A stretch of 64,000 nt of DNA, taken from contig JAJXVG010000001.1 of the NCBI GenBank assembly GCA_021782315.1, positions 26 through 64,025 of the forward strand. The letters are read 5' to 3'. The notes beneath the pieces were generated by a model. That model searched no databases and was not told the DNA's origin. It saw nothing but the letters and a program-made list of their open reading frames with translations. The position numbers were made by a program, and so were the translations under genes. This document shows, piece by piece, positions 21,873 to 31,591 of this stretch. Source of the DNA: Pseudomonadota bacterium (lineage in GTDB: Bacteria; Pseudomonadota; Gammaproteobacteria; Burkholderiales; Rhodocyclaceae). Position 1 is the stretch's first letter. Every line of letters starts with the position of its first letter.

Positions 21873-22577
21873 ATGCTCTCTCAACAGGACATGCTGGAGG
21901 CCGAACGGCACGGCAAACAGGTCCGTTCGATCTATGTCTACGAAGCCCCGGTACGCTTGTGGCACTGGCTCAATGCGCTGGCCATGGTGGTTCTGGCGGT
22001 GACCGGCTATTTCGTCGGCCAGCCCCTGCCGACCCAGCCCGGCGAGGCGGCGACCCATTTTCTGATGGGTTACATCCGCTTCGCCCATTTCGCGGCCGCC
22101 TACATTTTCGCCGTCGGCCTGCTCGGGCGGACTTACTGGGCCTTTGTCGGCAATCACCATGCCAGGCAGATCTTTCGGCTGCCGATCACCAATCCGCAGT
22201 GGTGGAGCGAGGTCTTCTTCGAGCTGCGCTGGTACCTGTTTCTCGAAAAGACCCCGAAAAAGTATGTCGGCCACAACCCCATGGCCCAGTTGATGATGTT
22301 CTTTTTCTTCACGATACTCGCCGTCGGCATGGTATTCACCGGCTTCGCGCTGTACGGCGAAGGCGCCGGGGTCGGCAACTGGCAGGACCGCCTGTTCGGC
22401 TGGGTGATTCCCTTGCTCGGCGGTTCGCTGCAGGTACACGGCCTGCACCGGCTGGGCATGTGGATCATGATGAGTTTCGTGCTGGTCCACGTCTATGCGG
22501 CCGTTCGCGAAGACATCATGAGTCGCCAGAGCCTGATCAGCACCATGGTCTCGGGCTGGCGGATGTTCAAGGACTGA
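21873..22577 (+). CDS. hoxZ: Hydrogenase b-type cytochrome subunit (HoxZ/HupC)
   Basis: YVYEAPVRLWHW, GHNPMAQ, HVYAAVREDI. Confidence 0.94.
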   Translation: MLSQQDMLEAERHGKQVRSIYVYEAPVRLWHWLNALAMVVLAVTGYFVGQPLPTQPGEAATHFLMGYIRFAHFAAAYIFAVGLLGRTYWAFVGNHHARQIFRLPITNPQWWSEVFFELRWYLFLEKTPKKYVGHNPMAQLMMFFFFTILAVGMVFTGFALYGEGAGVGNWQDRLFGWVIPLLGGSLQVHGLHRLGMWIMMSFVLVHVYAAVREDIMSRQSLISTMVSGWRMFKD

Positions 22578-22655
22578 TCATGGCGCAGGCTGGCGAAGCA
22601 TGGCCGCGCCGGACCTTTCGAGCGGGTGCCGGATTGACGATTTACCTTGCGTTGC

Positions 22656-22693
22656 CCCCGGCGCCCATGCCGATGTGCCCGGGGTGTCTTTTT
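22656..22693 (+). terminator. Stem-loop with T-tract after MBH structural genes
   Basis: CCCCGGCGCCCAT-gccg-ATGTGCCCGGGG then TCTTTTT. Confidence 0.45.
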
Positions 22694-22704
22694 CGAGGAT
22701 GGCA

Positions 22705-23319
22705 ATGAATTCCAAACGGATTCTGGTTCTGGGCATCGGCAACCTGTTGTGGGCCGATGAAGGCTTCGGCGTACGCTGCGTCGAGGCGCTCAATGCCGGC
22801 TGGAGCTTTCCGCCGCAGGTCACGCTGATCGATGGCGGCACCCAGGGGCTTTACCTGCTGCCCTATGTCCAGGAAGCGGACTGCCTGCTCGTTTTCGATG
22901 CCGTCGATTACGGCGACGAGCCGGGCAGCTTGCGCCAGGTGGTCGGCGAGCAGGTTCCGCGCTTCATGGGCGTCAAGAAAATGAGCCTGCATCAGACCGG
23001 CTTCCAGGAGGTACTGATGGCGGCCGAACTGACGCAGAAGCTGCCGGCCGAACTGGTCCTCGTCGGCGTCCAGCCCGAGCAGCTCGAAGATTACGGCGGC
23101 AGCCTGCGCGCCGCGGTCAAGGCGCAGGTGGAACCGGCCCTCGCTCTCGCCCTCGACTGGCTGGAACGCTGGGGGGGCACCGGAATCCCACGGCTGGGCC
23201 CGGCCGCGAGCACCACCGATGCGGCCCTGGCCATCGAGGTCTACGAAGGCCAACGGCCACCGGCCGATCAGGCTTACCGCCTGGGCGACGCCCGCTTCCT
23301 CAATATGGAAACGGCCTGA
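22705..23319 (+). CDS. hoxM: Hydrogenase maturation endopeptidase (HoxM/HupD)
   Basis: LGIGNLLWADEGFG, DGGTQG, SLHQ; start 22705 or 22699. Confidence 0.92.
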   Translation: MNSKRILVLGIGNLLWADEGFGVRCVEALNAGWSFPPQVTLIDGGTQGLYLLPYVQEADCLLVFDAVDYGDEPGSLRQVVGEQVPRFMGVKKMSLHQTGFQEVLMAAELTQKLPAELVLVGVQPEQLEDYGGSLRAAVKAQVEPALALALDWLERWGGTGIPRLGPAASTTDAALAIEVYEGQRPPADQAYRLGDARFLNMETA

Positions 23320-23621
23320 TGTGCCTCGGCATTCCCGTCCAGGTGCTCGAATGCGGCGAGCATTTCGCCCGCTGCACCGGCCGTTTCGGCGAGGTGCGCA
23401 TCGACCTCGGCCTGGTCGGCAGGCAGGCGCCCGGCACCTGGCTGCTCAGTTTTCTCGAAGCCGGCCGCGAGGTGATCGACGCCGAGCGGGCCGCGACCAT
23501 CAATGCCGCGCTCGATGCGCTGGCCGCCGCACAGAACGGCGAGACAGACTTTTCCGCCTTCTTCGCGGATCTCGACCGCGAACCCCAATTACCCGATTTC
23601 CTGAGGACAGCCCAATCATGA
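23319..23621 (+). CDS. hoxL: HypC-like chaperone HoxL/HupF
   Basis: MCLGIP, C-terminal FADLDREPQLP extension. Confidence 0.88.
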   Translation: MCLGIPVQVLECGEHFARCTGRFGEVRIDLGLVGRQAPGTWLLSFLEAGREVIDAERAATINAALDALAAAQNGETDFSAFFADLDREPQLPDFLRTAQS

Positions 23622-24088
23622 ACCGCCAACTCCGCGCCGGCCCGACTTCGCTCGAACGCCTGGATACGGCGATCGACCGTCTGTTGCAAAAACACGGCTT
23701 CAGCCGGGTGGAGGGCGACCGGCCGGCATTTCCGGCCGGCCTGAGCGCCCTGCTGCTGACAGAAGACCCGCAGCGCAACCTGGAAGTGCTCGACGCCTGC
23801 GTGATCCTTCCCGAAGCCCTGAAACCGCTGGCCGATCGAATTTCCCGCTGGGTGGCCGGCCCCGATTTCGCCGCCCCCCTGATGCAGCAATACGGCGTTG
23901 CGCGCGCTCCGGCCGTCGTCTTCCTGCGCGACGGACTTTTCGTCGGCTCCCTCAACGGCATCCGCGACTGGAACGAATACCGGGACGAGGTGAACCGCTT
24001 GCTCAACAGCCCGGTCCAGGTCGCATTGGTCAAAAAGACCATAGCCATTCCCGTCCGTATCGCCGCCGCACCGGGAGCCTGCGCATGA
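23618..24088 (+). CDS. hoxO: Thioredoxin-like hydrogenase accessory protein HoxO/HupG (HyaE)
   Basis: EVLDACVILPE, PAVVFLRDG..GIRDW. Confidence 0.85.
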   Translation: MNRQLRAGPTSLERLDTAIDRLLQKHGFSRVEGDRPAFPAGLSALLLTEDPQRNLEVLDACVILPEALKPLADRISRWVAGPDFAAPLMQQYGVARAPAVVFLRDGLFVGSLNGIRDWNEYRDEVNRLLNSPVQVALVKKTIAIPVRIAAAPGACA

Positions 24089-24948
24089 ACCCTTCCGCCA
24101 TGCGCCCCTTCCCGATTTCCGTCGTCGCCATGGGCCCCGGCTCGCAGGACGAAGAGCCGCCGGAATACCTGACCATGCCCAGGGGTATGGAAACCTTCGC
24201 GCAGCCGCGCCTGCCGGACAATGCCGCGCCCGAAGCGATCGCTCGTGCCGCCGGCCTGCTCGGCACCTTTGTCGACCAGGCCGGGAAAGTCGGCTTCAGC
24301 GGCGGCGCCTGCCTGCCACTGCTCGATCTCGACGCCGCGATACGCGAGGTCATCAACCAGTCCATGGGCTTCGGCGAGGTCAGCGCCTTCACCACCGGGA
24401 CGGCCCACTGGCGTGTCCAGGAAACCGCCTTCGCCGGCCTCTGGCGCGTGCTCAAGGTCGGCGACGACGGCCGGATGCTGGTCGACCGCCTCGAAACCGG
24501 CCCCATTCCCGAGGTGCTGACCGAGACCATGACCGGCGCCAGCGCGGCCAAACTGCCGCCGCCGGATTACCCGGCCGGTTGCATGAACGCCCAGGCGCTG
24601 GTCGAGGAACTCCGCATGCAGGCCACCGCATGGCAAGCCGGCGATGCCGCCCACATCATCAACCTGACCCTGTTGCCGGTCAGCGACGCCGACCTCGATA
24701 CACTGTACGACTGGCTGGGCCATCGCGAAGTCTCCATCCTGTCCCGCGGCTACGGCAATTGCCGGATCACCAGCACGCGACTGCGCAATGTCTGGTGGGT
24801 GCAGTACTTCAACAGCATGGACGCGCTGATCCTGAACTCCGTCGAAATCGTCGGCATGCCCGAAGTGGCGCTGGCGGCCGACGAGGATTTCGTCGATTCC
24901 GTCGAGCGCCTGCGGGAATACCTCGACATGATGTGCGCGCCGGCCTAA
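24085..24948 (+). CDS. hoxQ: Hydrogenase accessory protein HoxQ/HupH (HyaF)
   Basis: GPGSQ, INLTLLP, LSRGYGNCRI, VQYFNS. Confidence 0.9.
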   Translation: MNPSAMRPFPISVVAMGPGSQDEEPPEYLTMPRGMETFAQPRLPDNAAPEAIARAAGLLGTFVDQAGKVGFSGGACLPLLDLDAAIREVINQSMGFGEVSAFTTGTAHWRVQETAFAGLWRVLKVGDDGRMLVDRLETGPIPEVLTETMTGASAAKLPPPDYPAGCMNAQALVEELRMQATAWQAGDAAHIINLTLLPVSDADLDTLYDWLGHREVSILSRGYGNCRITSTRLRNVWWVQYFNSMDALILNSVEIVGMPEVALAADEDFVDSVERLREYLDMMCAPA

Positions 24949-24957
24949 TCTTCAGCC

Positions 24958-25155
24958 ATGCGTTTCGAAGGATCCTTTCTCGATATCAAGCCGGACGGCC
25001 GCCTGGAATGCGGTATCTGTTGGTGGGTCTACGACCCGGCGGCGGGCGACGACGTACGCGCCGTCCCGCCGGGTGTCGCCTTTGCCGACCTGCCCGCCGA
25101 CTGGTGCTGCCCGGGATGCGATGCGCCGAAATTCAAGTTCATGGCAATTGAATGA
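24958..25155 (+). CDS. hoxR: Rubredoxin HoxR/HupI
   Basis: ECGICWWVYDP...LPADWCCPGC. Confidence 0.92.
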   Translation: MRFEGSFLDIKPDGRLECGICWWVYDPAAGDDVRAVPPGVAFADLPADWCCPGCDAPKFKFMAIE

Positions 25156-25165
25156 GGAATGCCAA

Positions 25166-25633
25166 GTGAAATCCTGGGCAATCGACCCGTCGCCCATGCT
25201 GGTTGCGACCTTCGACAGCATCGCCCGGACACGGATGCACGATCTGCCGATCTGCAATGGGCAATTGCAGGTCGAGGCCGTCGGCTTCCAGCGCACGCCG
25301 GCGGGGCACTGGGTCGGTGTCGTGATCACGCCGTGGGCGATCAACCTGCTCTGTCTGCCGGGACAGATGGAGGGCTGGCCGGTTCTCGCGGCTTGCAGCA
25401 AGCACGACTGGCATTTTTCCTCGGGCGATTATGAATTCACCGTGGCCGAGGAAGAGCATATCGGCAACTACCATCTCTGTTCGCTGTTCTCGCCGGCGCT
25501 CGAATTCGAAAACCAGGAAGCGGCACGTCTGACGGCGCTGGCTGTCGCCCATGCCCTGCAAGGTGAACCGCGGGCGGCGCCGGCCACCGCCAGGACGACC
25601 AGCCGACGCGACTTTATCGGCCTGGGGCGATGA
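25166..25633 (+). CDS. hoxT: HoxT/HupJ (HybE family) chaperone
   Basis: MHDLPICN, VITPW, CSLFSP; GTG start after GAGG. Confidence 0.85.
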   Translation: MKSWAIDPSPMLVATFDSIARTRMHDLPICNGQLQVEAVGFQRTPAGHWVGVVITPWAINLLCLPGQMEGWPVLAACSKHDWHFSSGDYEFTVAEEEHIGNYHLCSLFSPALEFENQEAARLTALAVAHALQGEPRAAPATARTTSRRDFIGLGR

Positions 25634-26553
25634 TCGATACCGGCCGCTTGGTCGTTCGGGCCCGTTTCGACCGGATGGGGCTGGGCGAACTGGGCGTCGA
25701 ACTGACGCGCCCCTCGGTCACTCGCCTGTTCCTCGGCCAGTCGCCCGATGCGGTGTGCAAGACCGTGCCCTATCTGTTCACCCTCTGCGCCAATGCCCAG
25801 CGGGCGGCGGCGCAGGCGGCGGTCGCCGTGGCCCGGGGCGAGGCTCCGCGGGTATTTGACAGCGGCGAACTGTGGCGCGAAGTGCTGCATGAAAACCTCT
25901 GGCGCCTGTTGCTCGACTGGCCGCCGGCACTCGGCCTGCCGCCGGCCAGGGAGGCCTTCATCGACTGGCGCAACAGGCGGCAGGGCGGCGACTACCCGGA
26001 CGCGACGCGCAAATTGTTCGAGTGCTGCCTGCAGCCGATGTCCGACAAATGCCTGGCCATTCTAGGCGAGCATCGGCGCGCTGAATCCCTGCCGGATGAC
26101 CGGCAGGAGCCTCCCCCCACCGCCACGCTGTCCCCGGAGGCATGGCTCGCCTACTGGCAGGGCTGTTCGTCGCACATGCCGACGATGCCGAGGCCTGCTT
26201 CGATTCGCTCGGTATTCATGGCCCGATTGGCGGAGACCGAAGCGGCGCTCGACGCCCTGGTCTGCGCTGCGCCTTTCCCGCTTGCCGGCGCTGGCGGAAA
26301 CGGCTGGGGGGTGGGCCAGACCTTGACGGCGCGCGGGGTGCTGACCCACGCCGTGCATTTGGTCGACGGCAAGGTGGCCGATTATCGCGTTCAGGCGCCC
26401 ACCGACAATTTTTTTGCCGATGCCGCAGCCTTGTCATCTTTGCTGGCTAATCTCGAATTTACTTCTCTGGATCAAGCCCGGCAGGTGCTCAATCAGGCGA
26501 TACTGGCGCTTGATCCCTGCCTGCCATATGTCGTGGAGTTACAGGATGCATGA
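25630..26553 (+). CDS. hoxV: HoxV/HupK scaffold protein
   Basis: LFTLCANAQ, TARGVLTH, APT, LDPC. Confidence 0.85.
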   Translation: MIDTGRLVVRARFDRMGLGELGVELTRPSVTRLFLGQSPDAVCKTVPYLFTLCANAQRAAAQAAVAVARGEAPRVFDSGELWREVLHENLWRLLLDWPPALGLPPAREAFIDWRNRRQGGDYPDATRKLFECCLQPMSDKCLAILGEHRRAESLPDDRQEPPPTATLSPEAWLAYWQGCSSHMPTMPRPASIRSVFMARLAETEAALDALVCAAPFPLAGAGGNGWGVGQTLTARGVLTHAVHLVDGKVADYRVQAPTDNFFADAAALSSLLANLEFTSLDQARQVLNQAILALDPCLPYVVELQDA

Positions 26554-26887
26554 AATGTCGCTCGCCGAGGGCGTGCTGCAATTGGTCGAAGATACCGCCC
26601 GACGCGAAAACGCCAGCCGGGTAAAGCTGGTGGTGCTGGAAATCGGCCGCATGTCCTCGGTCGAACCGGAAGCGCTGAAATTCTGTTTCGAGGCGGTCAC
26701 CAAGGGCAGCATCGCCCAGGACGCGAGGCTGGAAATCCTCGATCTGCCCGGTGTCGGCTGGTGCATGCAGTGCGCCGAAGCGGTAGCAATGCAGGAACGC
26801 TACGGCGCCTGTCCGAAATGCGGCAGCCATCAGGTGCAGCCGACCGGCGGCACGGAAATGCGGGTCAAGGAAATAGAAATCGAGTAA
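26546..26887 (+). CDS. hypA: Nickel metallochaperone HypA
   Basis: MHEMSL, CMQC...CPKC. Confidence 0.95.
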   Translation: MHEMSLAEGVLQLVEDTARRENASRVKLVVLEIGRMSSVEPEALKFCFEAVTKGSIAQDARLEILDLPGVGWCMQCAEAVAMQERYGACPKCGSHQVQPTGGTEMRVKEIEIE

Positions 26888-26918
26888 TCGACGCGTGGTT
26901 CGAACAGGAGACAAGACG

Positions 26919-27965
26919 ATGTGTACAGTTTGCGGTTGCGGGGCAGGGGAAACGAAAGGCGGCGGGCACGAACACCCGCACCTCCATGAAGACGGCACGG
27001 TGCATAGCCACGACCACGGGCATGAACACGATCACCACGACGAGGCTGCGCCGCTCGGCGTACATTCCCACAGTCACCAGCACAGCGACGGCAGCGAACA
27101 CAGCCACGCCCATGTCCATGATGGCGAACATGCCCACCAGCATGGCGATGATCATAGTCACCACGAGCACCCGGTCGCCGGCGCTCTCGACTACGGCGCC
27201 GGACCGGCCCGCGCCCATGTTCCCGGCCTGTCGCAGGCACGCATGGTGCAGATCGAGCAGGACATCCTGGCCAAGAACGATGCCTACGCCCATGCCAATC
27301 GCCAGCACTTCGACGATCATGGCATTTTCGCGCTCAACCTTGTTTCCAGCCCCGGCTCCGGCAAGACCGCGCTGCTCTGCAGAAGCATCGAGTTGCTGAA
27401 AGACAGGGTCGACATCTGCGTCGTCGAAGGCGACCAGCAGACCTCCAACGACGCCGAGCGCATCCGCGCCACCGGGGTTGCCGCACTGCAGATCAATACC
27501 GGCAAGGGCTGCCATCTCGACGGGCACATGGTCGGCCATGCCGTGCAACGCCTGCAACCGGCCGACGAATCGCTGTTCCTGATCGAAAATGTCGGCAATC
27601 TGGTCTGCCCGGCCGCCTTCGACCTCGGCGAACATCACAAGGTCGCCATCCTCTCGGTCACCGAAGGCGAGGACAAGCCGCTCAAGTACCCCGACATGTT
27701 CGCCGCCGCCGACGTCATGCTGCTCAACAAGTGCGACCTGCTGCCCCACCTCGACTTCGATGCCGACCTGGCCGAAGCCAACGCCCGTCGCGTCAATCCG
27801 AATCTGACCATATTCCGCGTTTCGGCGCGCAGCGGCGATGGCCTCTCCGCCTGGCTCGACTGGATTCAATCCGGACTGGAGGCGCAGCGCGCCAAGCGCT
27901 CGGAAAGCGTCGATGCTCTGAAACGCCGGGTGGCCGAACTGGAACGCCAACTGGCCGCCAGATAA
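26919..27965 (+). CDS. hypB: Nickel GTPase HypB with His-rich N-terminus
   Basis: [33 protein letters not shown]. Confidence 0.95.
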   Translation: MCTVCGCGAGETKGGGHEHPHLHEDGTVHSHDHGHEHDHHDEAAPLGVHSHSHQHSDGSEHSHAHVHDGEHAHQHGDDHSHHEHPVAGALDYGAGPARAHVPGLSQARMVQIEQDILAKNDAYAHANRQHFDDHGIFALNLVSSPGSGKTALLCRSIELLKDRVDICVVEGDQQTSNDAERIRATGVAALQINTGKGCHLDGHMVGHAVQRLQPADESLFLIENVGNLVCPAAFDLGEHHKVAILSVTEGEDKPLKYPDMFAAADVMLLNKCDLLPHLDFDADLAEANARRVNPNLTIFRVSARSGDGLSAWLDWIQSGLEAQRAKRSESVDALKRRVAELERQLAAR

Positions 27966-30323
27966 ATGCCGATGACCGGCCGCCTGTTCCGTATTCGCGG
28001 CCTGGTGCAGGGTGTCGGCTTCCGGCCCTACGTCTGGCGCCTGGCCAATGAACTCGGACTCAGCGGCTGGGTGCGCAACGACGGCGCCGGGGTAGTGCTC
28101 GCGGTAGCCGGACAGAGGCTGCCGGAATTTGTCCGCCGGCTACCGCTGGAGGTTCCCCGCCTGGCGCGGATCGATGCGGTCGACGGCGAAGCGGTCGACG
28201 TGACAACAACTGGCTTCGCCATTCTCGAAAGCGAGACCGGCGAGGTGAGGACGGCCATCGGCCCCGATGCCGCCGTCTGTGCCGACTGCATTGCCGATCT
28301 ATGCGACCCGGACGGCCGGCGCTGGCGCTACGCCTTCACCACCTGCACCCATTGCGGCCCGCGGTATACGGTCAGCCGCCGCATTCCCTACGACCGGGCG
28401 CAGACCAGTCTCGCCGCCTTTCCGCTGTGCCCTCCCTGCCGCGACGAGTACGCTGCCCCGGCCGATCGCCGTTTTCACGCCGAAACCACCTGCTGTCCCG
28501 CCTGCGGTCCGCAACTGAGCCTGCTCGACGCGGTCGGCCGGCCGACCGCCGGCGACCCCGTCGCCGCCACCCTGCACCTGCTGCAGGCCGGCCGGATCGT
28601 GGCGATCAAGGGTATCGGCGGCTTTCACCTGGTATGCGATGCAGGCAATCCGGCGGCCGTCGCCGAATTGCGCCAGCGCAAGCAGCGTGAGGAGAAGCCC
28701 CTGGCCGTGATGGGCCTCAACCTCGCTTCGCTGGCCAGCCATGCCCGGATCGGCGCCGGCGAAGCCGAATTGCTGCAAAGCGTGGCGGCGCCCATCGTCC
28801 TGAGCCCCAAGGGCGAAGCCGAACTGAAGGGCGTCGCCGCCGGCCTCGCCTGGCTTGGCGTCATGCTGCCGGCCGCCCCCCTGCACCTGCTGCTCTGGCA
28901 CGAGGCGGCCGGCCGGCCGGCCGGCACCGACTGGCTGCACTTGCCGAGCGAGCTCCTGCTGGTGATGACCAGCGCCAATCCGCACGGCGAACCGCTGGTC
29001 ATCGGCAACGACGAAGCGCTCAAACGCCTGTCCGGCATCGCCGACGCCTTCCTGATCCACGACCGCGACATCGTCATCCGCTGCGACGATTCGGTACTGC
29101 GGGCGACGGCGGACGGGCCCGCCTTCGTTCGCCGGGCCCGCGGCTACGTGCCGGCGTCGATTCAGATCGCCGCAGACGGTCCGAACGTGCTGGCGCTGGG
29201 CGCTTACCAGAAGAACACAGTATGCGTGACGAAAGGCGGCGCAGCCTATCTGTCGCAACATGTCGGCGGCCTCGACAACGTCGCCGCCATTGCCTTTCTT
29301 GAAGAAACTGTCGACCATCTGCTGGCCGTTCTCGATGTCCGGCCCGAGCTGGTCGCCCACGACCTGCATCCCGATTTTCCATCGACCCGCCTGGCCCTGC
29401 GCCTGGCTGAGGAAATGGCCGTCCCGGCCATCGCCGTCGGGCACCATCAGGCCCATATTGCCGCAGTCTGCGCCGAACATGGTGTCAGCGAACCGATACT
29501 AGGGCTGGCGTTGGACGGTGTCGGCCTCGGACCGGACGGCGGCGCCTGGGGCGGTGAACTACTGTTTCTCGATGGCGCACGCTGCGAGCGACTGGGTCAC
29601 CTCGCCCCCCTGGCCATGCCCGGCGGCGACCGGGCGGCCAGGGAACCCTGGCGGATGGCCGTCTCCGCCCTGCACGGGGCCGGCCTCGGCTACCGGGTCG
29701 GCGGCTGGATCAAGCAGTATTACCCGCAGCGCGACCCGGCGCCGCTGCTCACCATGCTGACCCGCCGCCTGCGCTGCCCGCCGACGACCAGTCTCGGCCG
29801 CTGGTTCGATGCGGCGGCCGGCCTGCTCGGCGTGCGCGACCTGATACATTACGAAGGGCAGGCCGCCATGGAGCTTGAAGGACTGGCCGTCCGACACGGA
29901 CCGGTCGAACCCCTGCCCGGCGGTTATATCCTGGACGCAACGGGCGCCGTCCTCGATTTCTCGCCGCTGCTGCCGGCGCTGATGGGCTGCAAGGACGATG
30001 CGGCCTACGGCGCCGCCCTCTTTCACGCCACTGTCGCCGCCGGCCTGGCCGCATGGGTGCTTGCGGCAAGCGCAAGAAATGCAGTCGCGCTCACCGACAG
30101 GACAAGAATCGCAGTCGGCGGCGGCTGCGCCATGAATACGGTGCTCATGGCCGCCCTGCGCAAACGCCTCTTCGCCGCCGGTCTCGACCTGCTCGAAGCC
30201 AAACAGGCGCCGCCCAACGACGGCGGCCTGGCGCTGGGCCAGGCCTGGATCGCCAGACAGAGGCAAACTGCCGGCAGTGGCGCAAAAGACTTGCCGCCGG
30301 CTTTCCCCGCCTCCCCGCCGTAG
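27966..30323 (+). CDS. hypF: Carbamoyltransferase HypF (full length)
   Basis: GLVQGVGFRP, two Zn fingers, KGIGGFHL, DLHP, PPNDGG. Confidence 0.95.
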   Translation: MPMTGRLFRIRGLVQGVGFRPYVWRLANELGLSGWVRNDGAGVVLAVAGQRLPEFVRRLPLEVPRLARIDAVDGEAVDVTTTGFAILESETGEVRTAIGPDAAVCADCIADLCDPDGRRWRYAFTTCTHCGPRYTVSRRIPYDRAQTSLAAFPLCPPCRDEYAAPADRRFHAETTCCPACGPQLSLLDAVGRPTAGDPVAATLHLLQAGRIVAIKGIGGFHLVCDAGNPAAVAELRQRKQREEKPLAVMGLNLASLASHARIGAGEAELLQSVAAPIVLSPKGEAELKGVAAGLAWLGVMLPAAPLHLLLWHEAAGRPAGTDWLHLPSELLLVMTSANPHGEPLVIGNDEALKRLSGIADAFLIHDRDIVIRCDDSVLRATADGPAFVRRARGYVPASIQIAADGPNVLALGAYQKNTVCVTKGGAAYLSQHVGGLDNVAAIAFLEETVDHLLAVLDVRPELVAHDLHPDFPSTRLALRLAEEMAVPAIAVGHHQAHIAAVCAEHGVSEPILGLALDGVGLGPDGGAWGGELLFLDGARCERLGHLAPLAMPGGDRAAREPWRMAVSALHGAGLGYRVGGWIKQYYPQRDPAPLLTMLTRRLRCPPTTSLGRWFDAAAGLLGVRDLIHYEGQAAMELEGLAVRHGPVEPLPGGYILDATGAVLDFSPLLPALMGCKDDAAYGAALFHATVAAGLAAWVLAASARNAVALTDRTRIAVGGGCAMNTVLMAALRKRLFAAGLDLLEAKQAPPNDGGLALGQAWIARQRQTAGSGAKDLPPAFPASPP

Positions 30324-30575
30324 CGCTCCGACGTCCGGGAATTTGGCAAAAGCACGAGATCGCTAGCAAAATGCGAGCGCTATGCCCGCATCAGCTGACG
30401 TAAACTGTTATAGGATGGTAAAAATAGACATGCCGCCTTTCGGCACCCGACCATGTCCCACCGGCCAGATGCCGGCCACACAGGATCAGAATCGGGCATG
30501 AATTGAAATTGGCCTCACGACGCCAATGGATTCGAGGCACAAGTCAGAGGGAAGCGCGGACCGAAAAGGGGGGCG

Positions 30576-31589
30576 ATGAACATGGATAAGCGGCCACCAC
30601 CGCACACTGTGCGACCGACAGTGCAAGGGCTGTTGCTGTCGCTTTTCTTCATGTTTGGCATGTCGGCGACCATCCGTGCCCAGGCCGTCGAACCGCTGAA
30701 AATCGCTGTCTCCCGGTCGCCGCTGTCACTGCCATTCTTTGTCGCCGAAAAGAATGGCTACTTTGCTGCCGAAGGCGTTTCCGTGAAGACAAGCGAGGCC
30801 ATCGGCGGCCATCGCGCCCTGCAATTGTTGTTGAGCGGCGAAGCCGACCTCGCCACCTCCTCGGATGCGGTGGTGATGTTCAACAGTTTTAAAACCAGCG
30901 ACTTCGCAGTGATCGCCACCTTCGTCAGCAGCGACGACGACATCAAGCTGGTCGTCCGGCCCGGCGCCGGCATAGTGCTGCCCAATGATCTGGTCGGCAA
31001 GCGTATCGGTACCGTGATCGGATCGGCCAGCCACTATTTTCTCGATACCTATTTACTGTTCCAGGGGGTCGATCCACAAGAGGTAAAAGTGGTCGGCCTG
31101 CAACCTGAAATGATGGCGGCGGCGATGAAGAGCGGGGCGATAGACGCTGTCGCCGTATGGGAACCGTTTCCTTTCGAACTGCTGCAGGGGATAGATGGTG
31201 CCAGCTTACTGAAAAGTCCACCCGCCTATCGACTGACCTTCAACCTGCTGGCGAGCAGGAAAATCATTGGCATTCGCGACGACGAACTGGTCGGCGTGCT
31301 GCATGCCCTGGCGCGTGCCCAACATTTCATCCGGACCGAACCACAGATGGCCCAGGCCATCCTGCGCTCGCAGCTCAAGCTCAATCAGGCGTTCATCGAA
31401 TGGATCTGGCCTAGTTACAACTACCGGCTGACCCTCGACCAGTCGCTGCTCACCACGCTCGAAAGCGAGGGGCGCTGGGCTCGGCGCAGCGGCCATGTAA
31501 CGGCAAAGCAGTCGCCCAACTATCTGGACCTGATTTATACGCAGCCCTTGCGGACGCTTAGTCCCTCCAGCGTGGGCATTGTGGAGTAA
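30576..31589 (+). CDS. Periplasmic substrate-binding protein, NMT1/SsuA/NrtA-like
   Basis: Signal peptide, [30 protein letters not shown]. Confidence 0.82.
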   Translation: MNMDKRPPPHTVRPTVQGLLLSLFFMFGMSATIRAQAVEPLKIAVSRSPLSLPFFVAEKNGYFAAEGVSVKTSEAIGGHRALQLLLSGEADLATSSDAVVMFNSFKTSDFAVIATFVSSDDDIKLVVRPGAGIVLPNDLVGKRIGTVIGSASHYFLDTYLLFQGVDPQEVKVVGLQPEMMAAAMKSGAIDAVAVWEPFPFELLQGIDGASLLKSPPAYRLTFNLLASRKIIGIRDDELVGVLHALARAQHFIRTEPQMAQAILRSQLKLNQAFIEWIWPSYNYRLTLDQSLLTTLESEGRWARRSGHVTAKQSPNYLDLIYTQPLRTLSPSSVGIVE

Positions 31590-31591
31590 GC

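Noticed and set aside
26960-27170. CAC/CAT-rich DNA as a repeat element
   Set aside because: Explained by the HypB His-rich coding sequence
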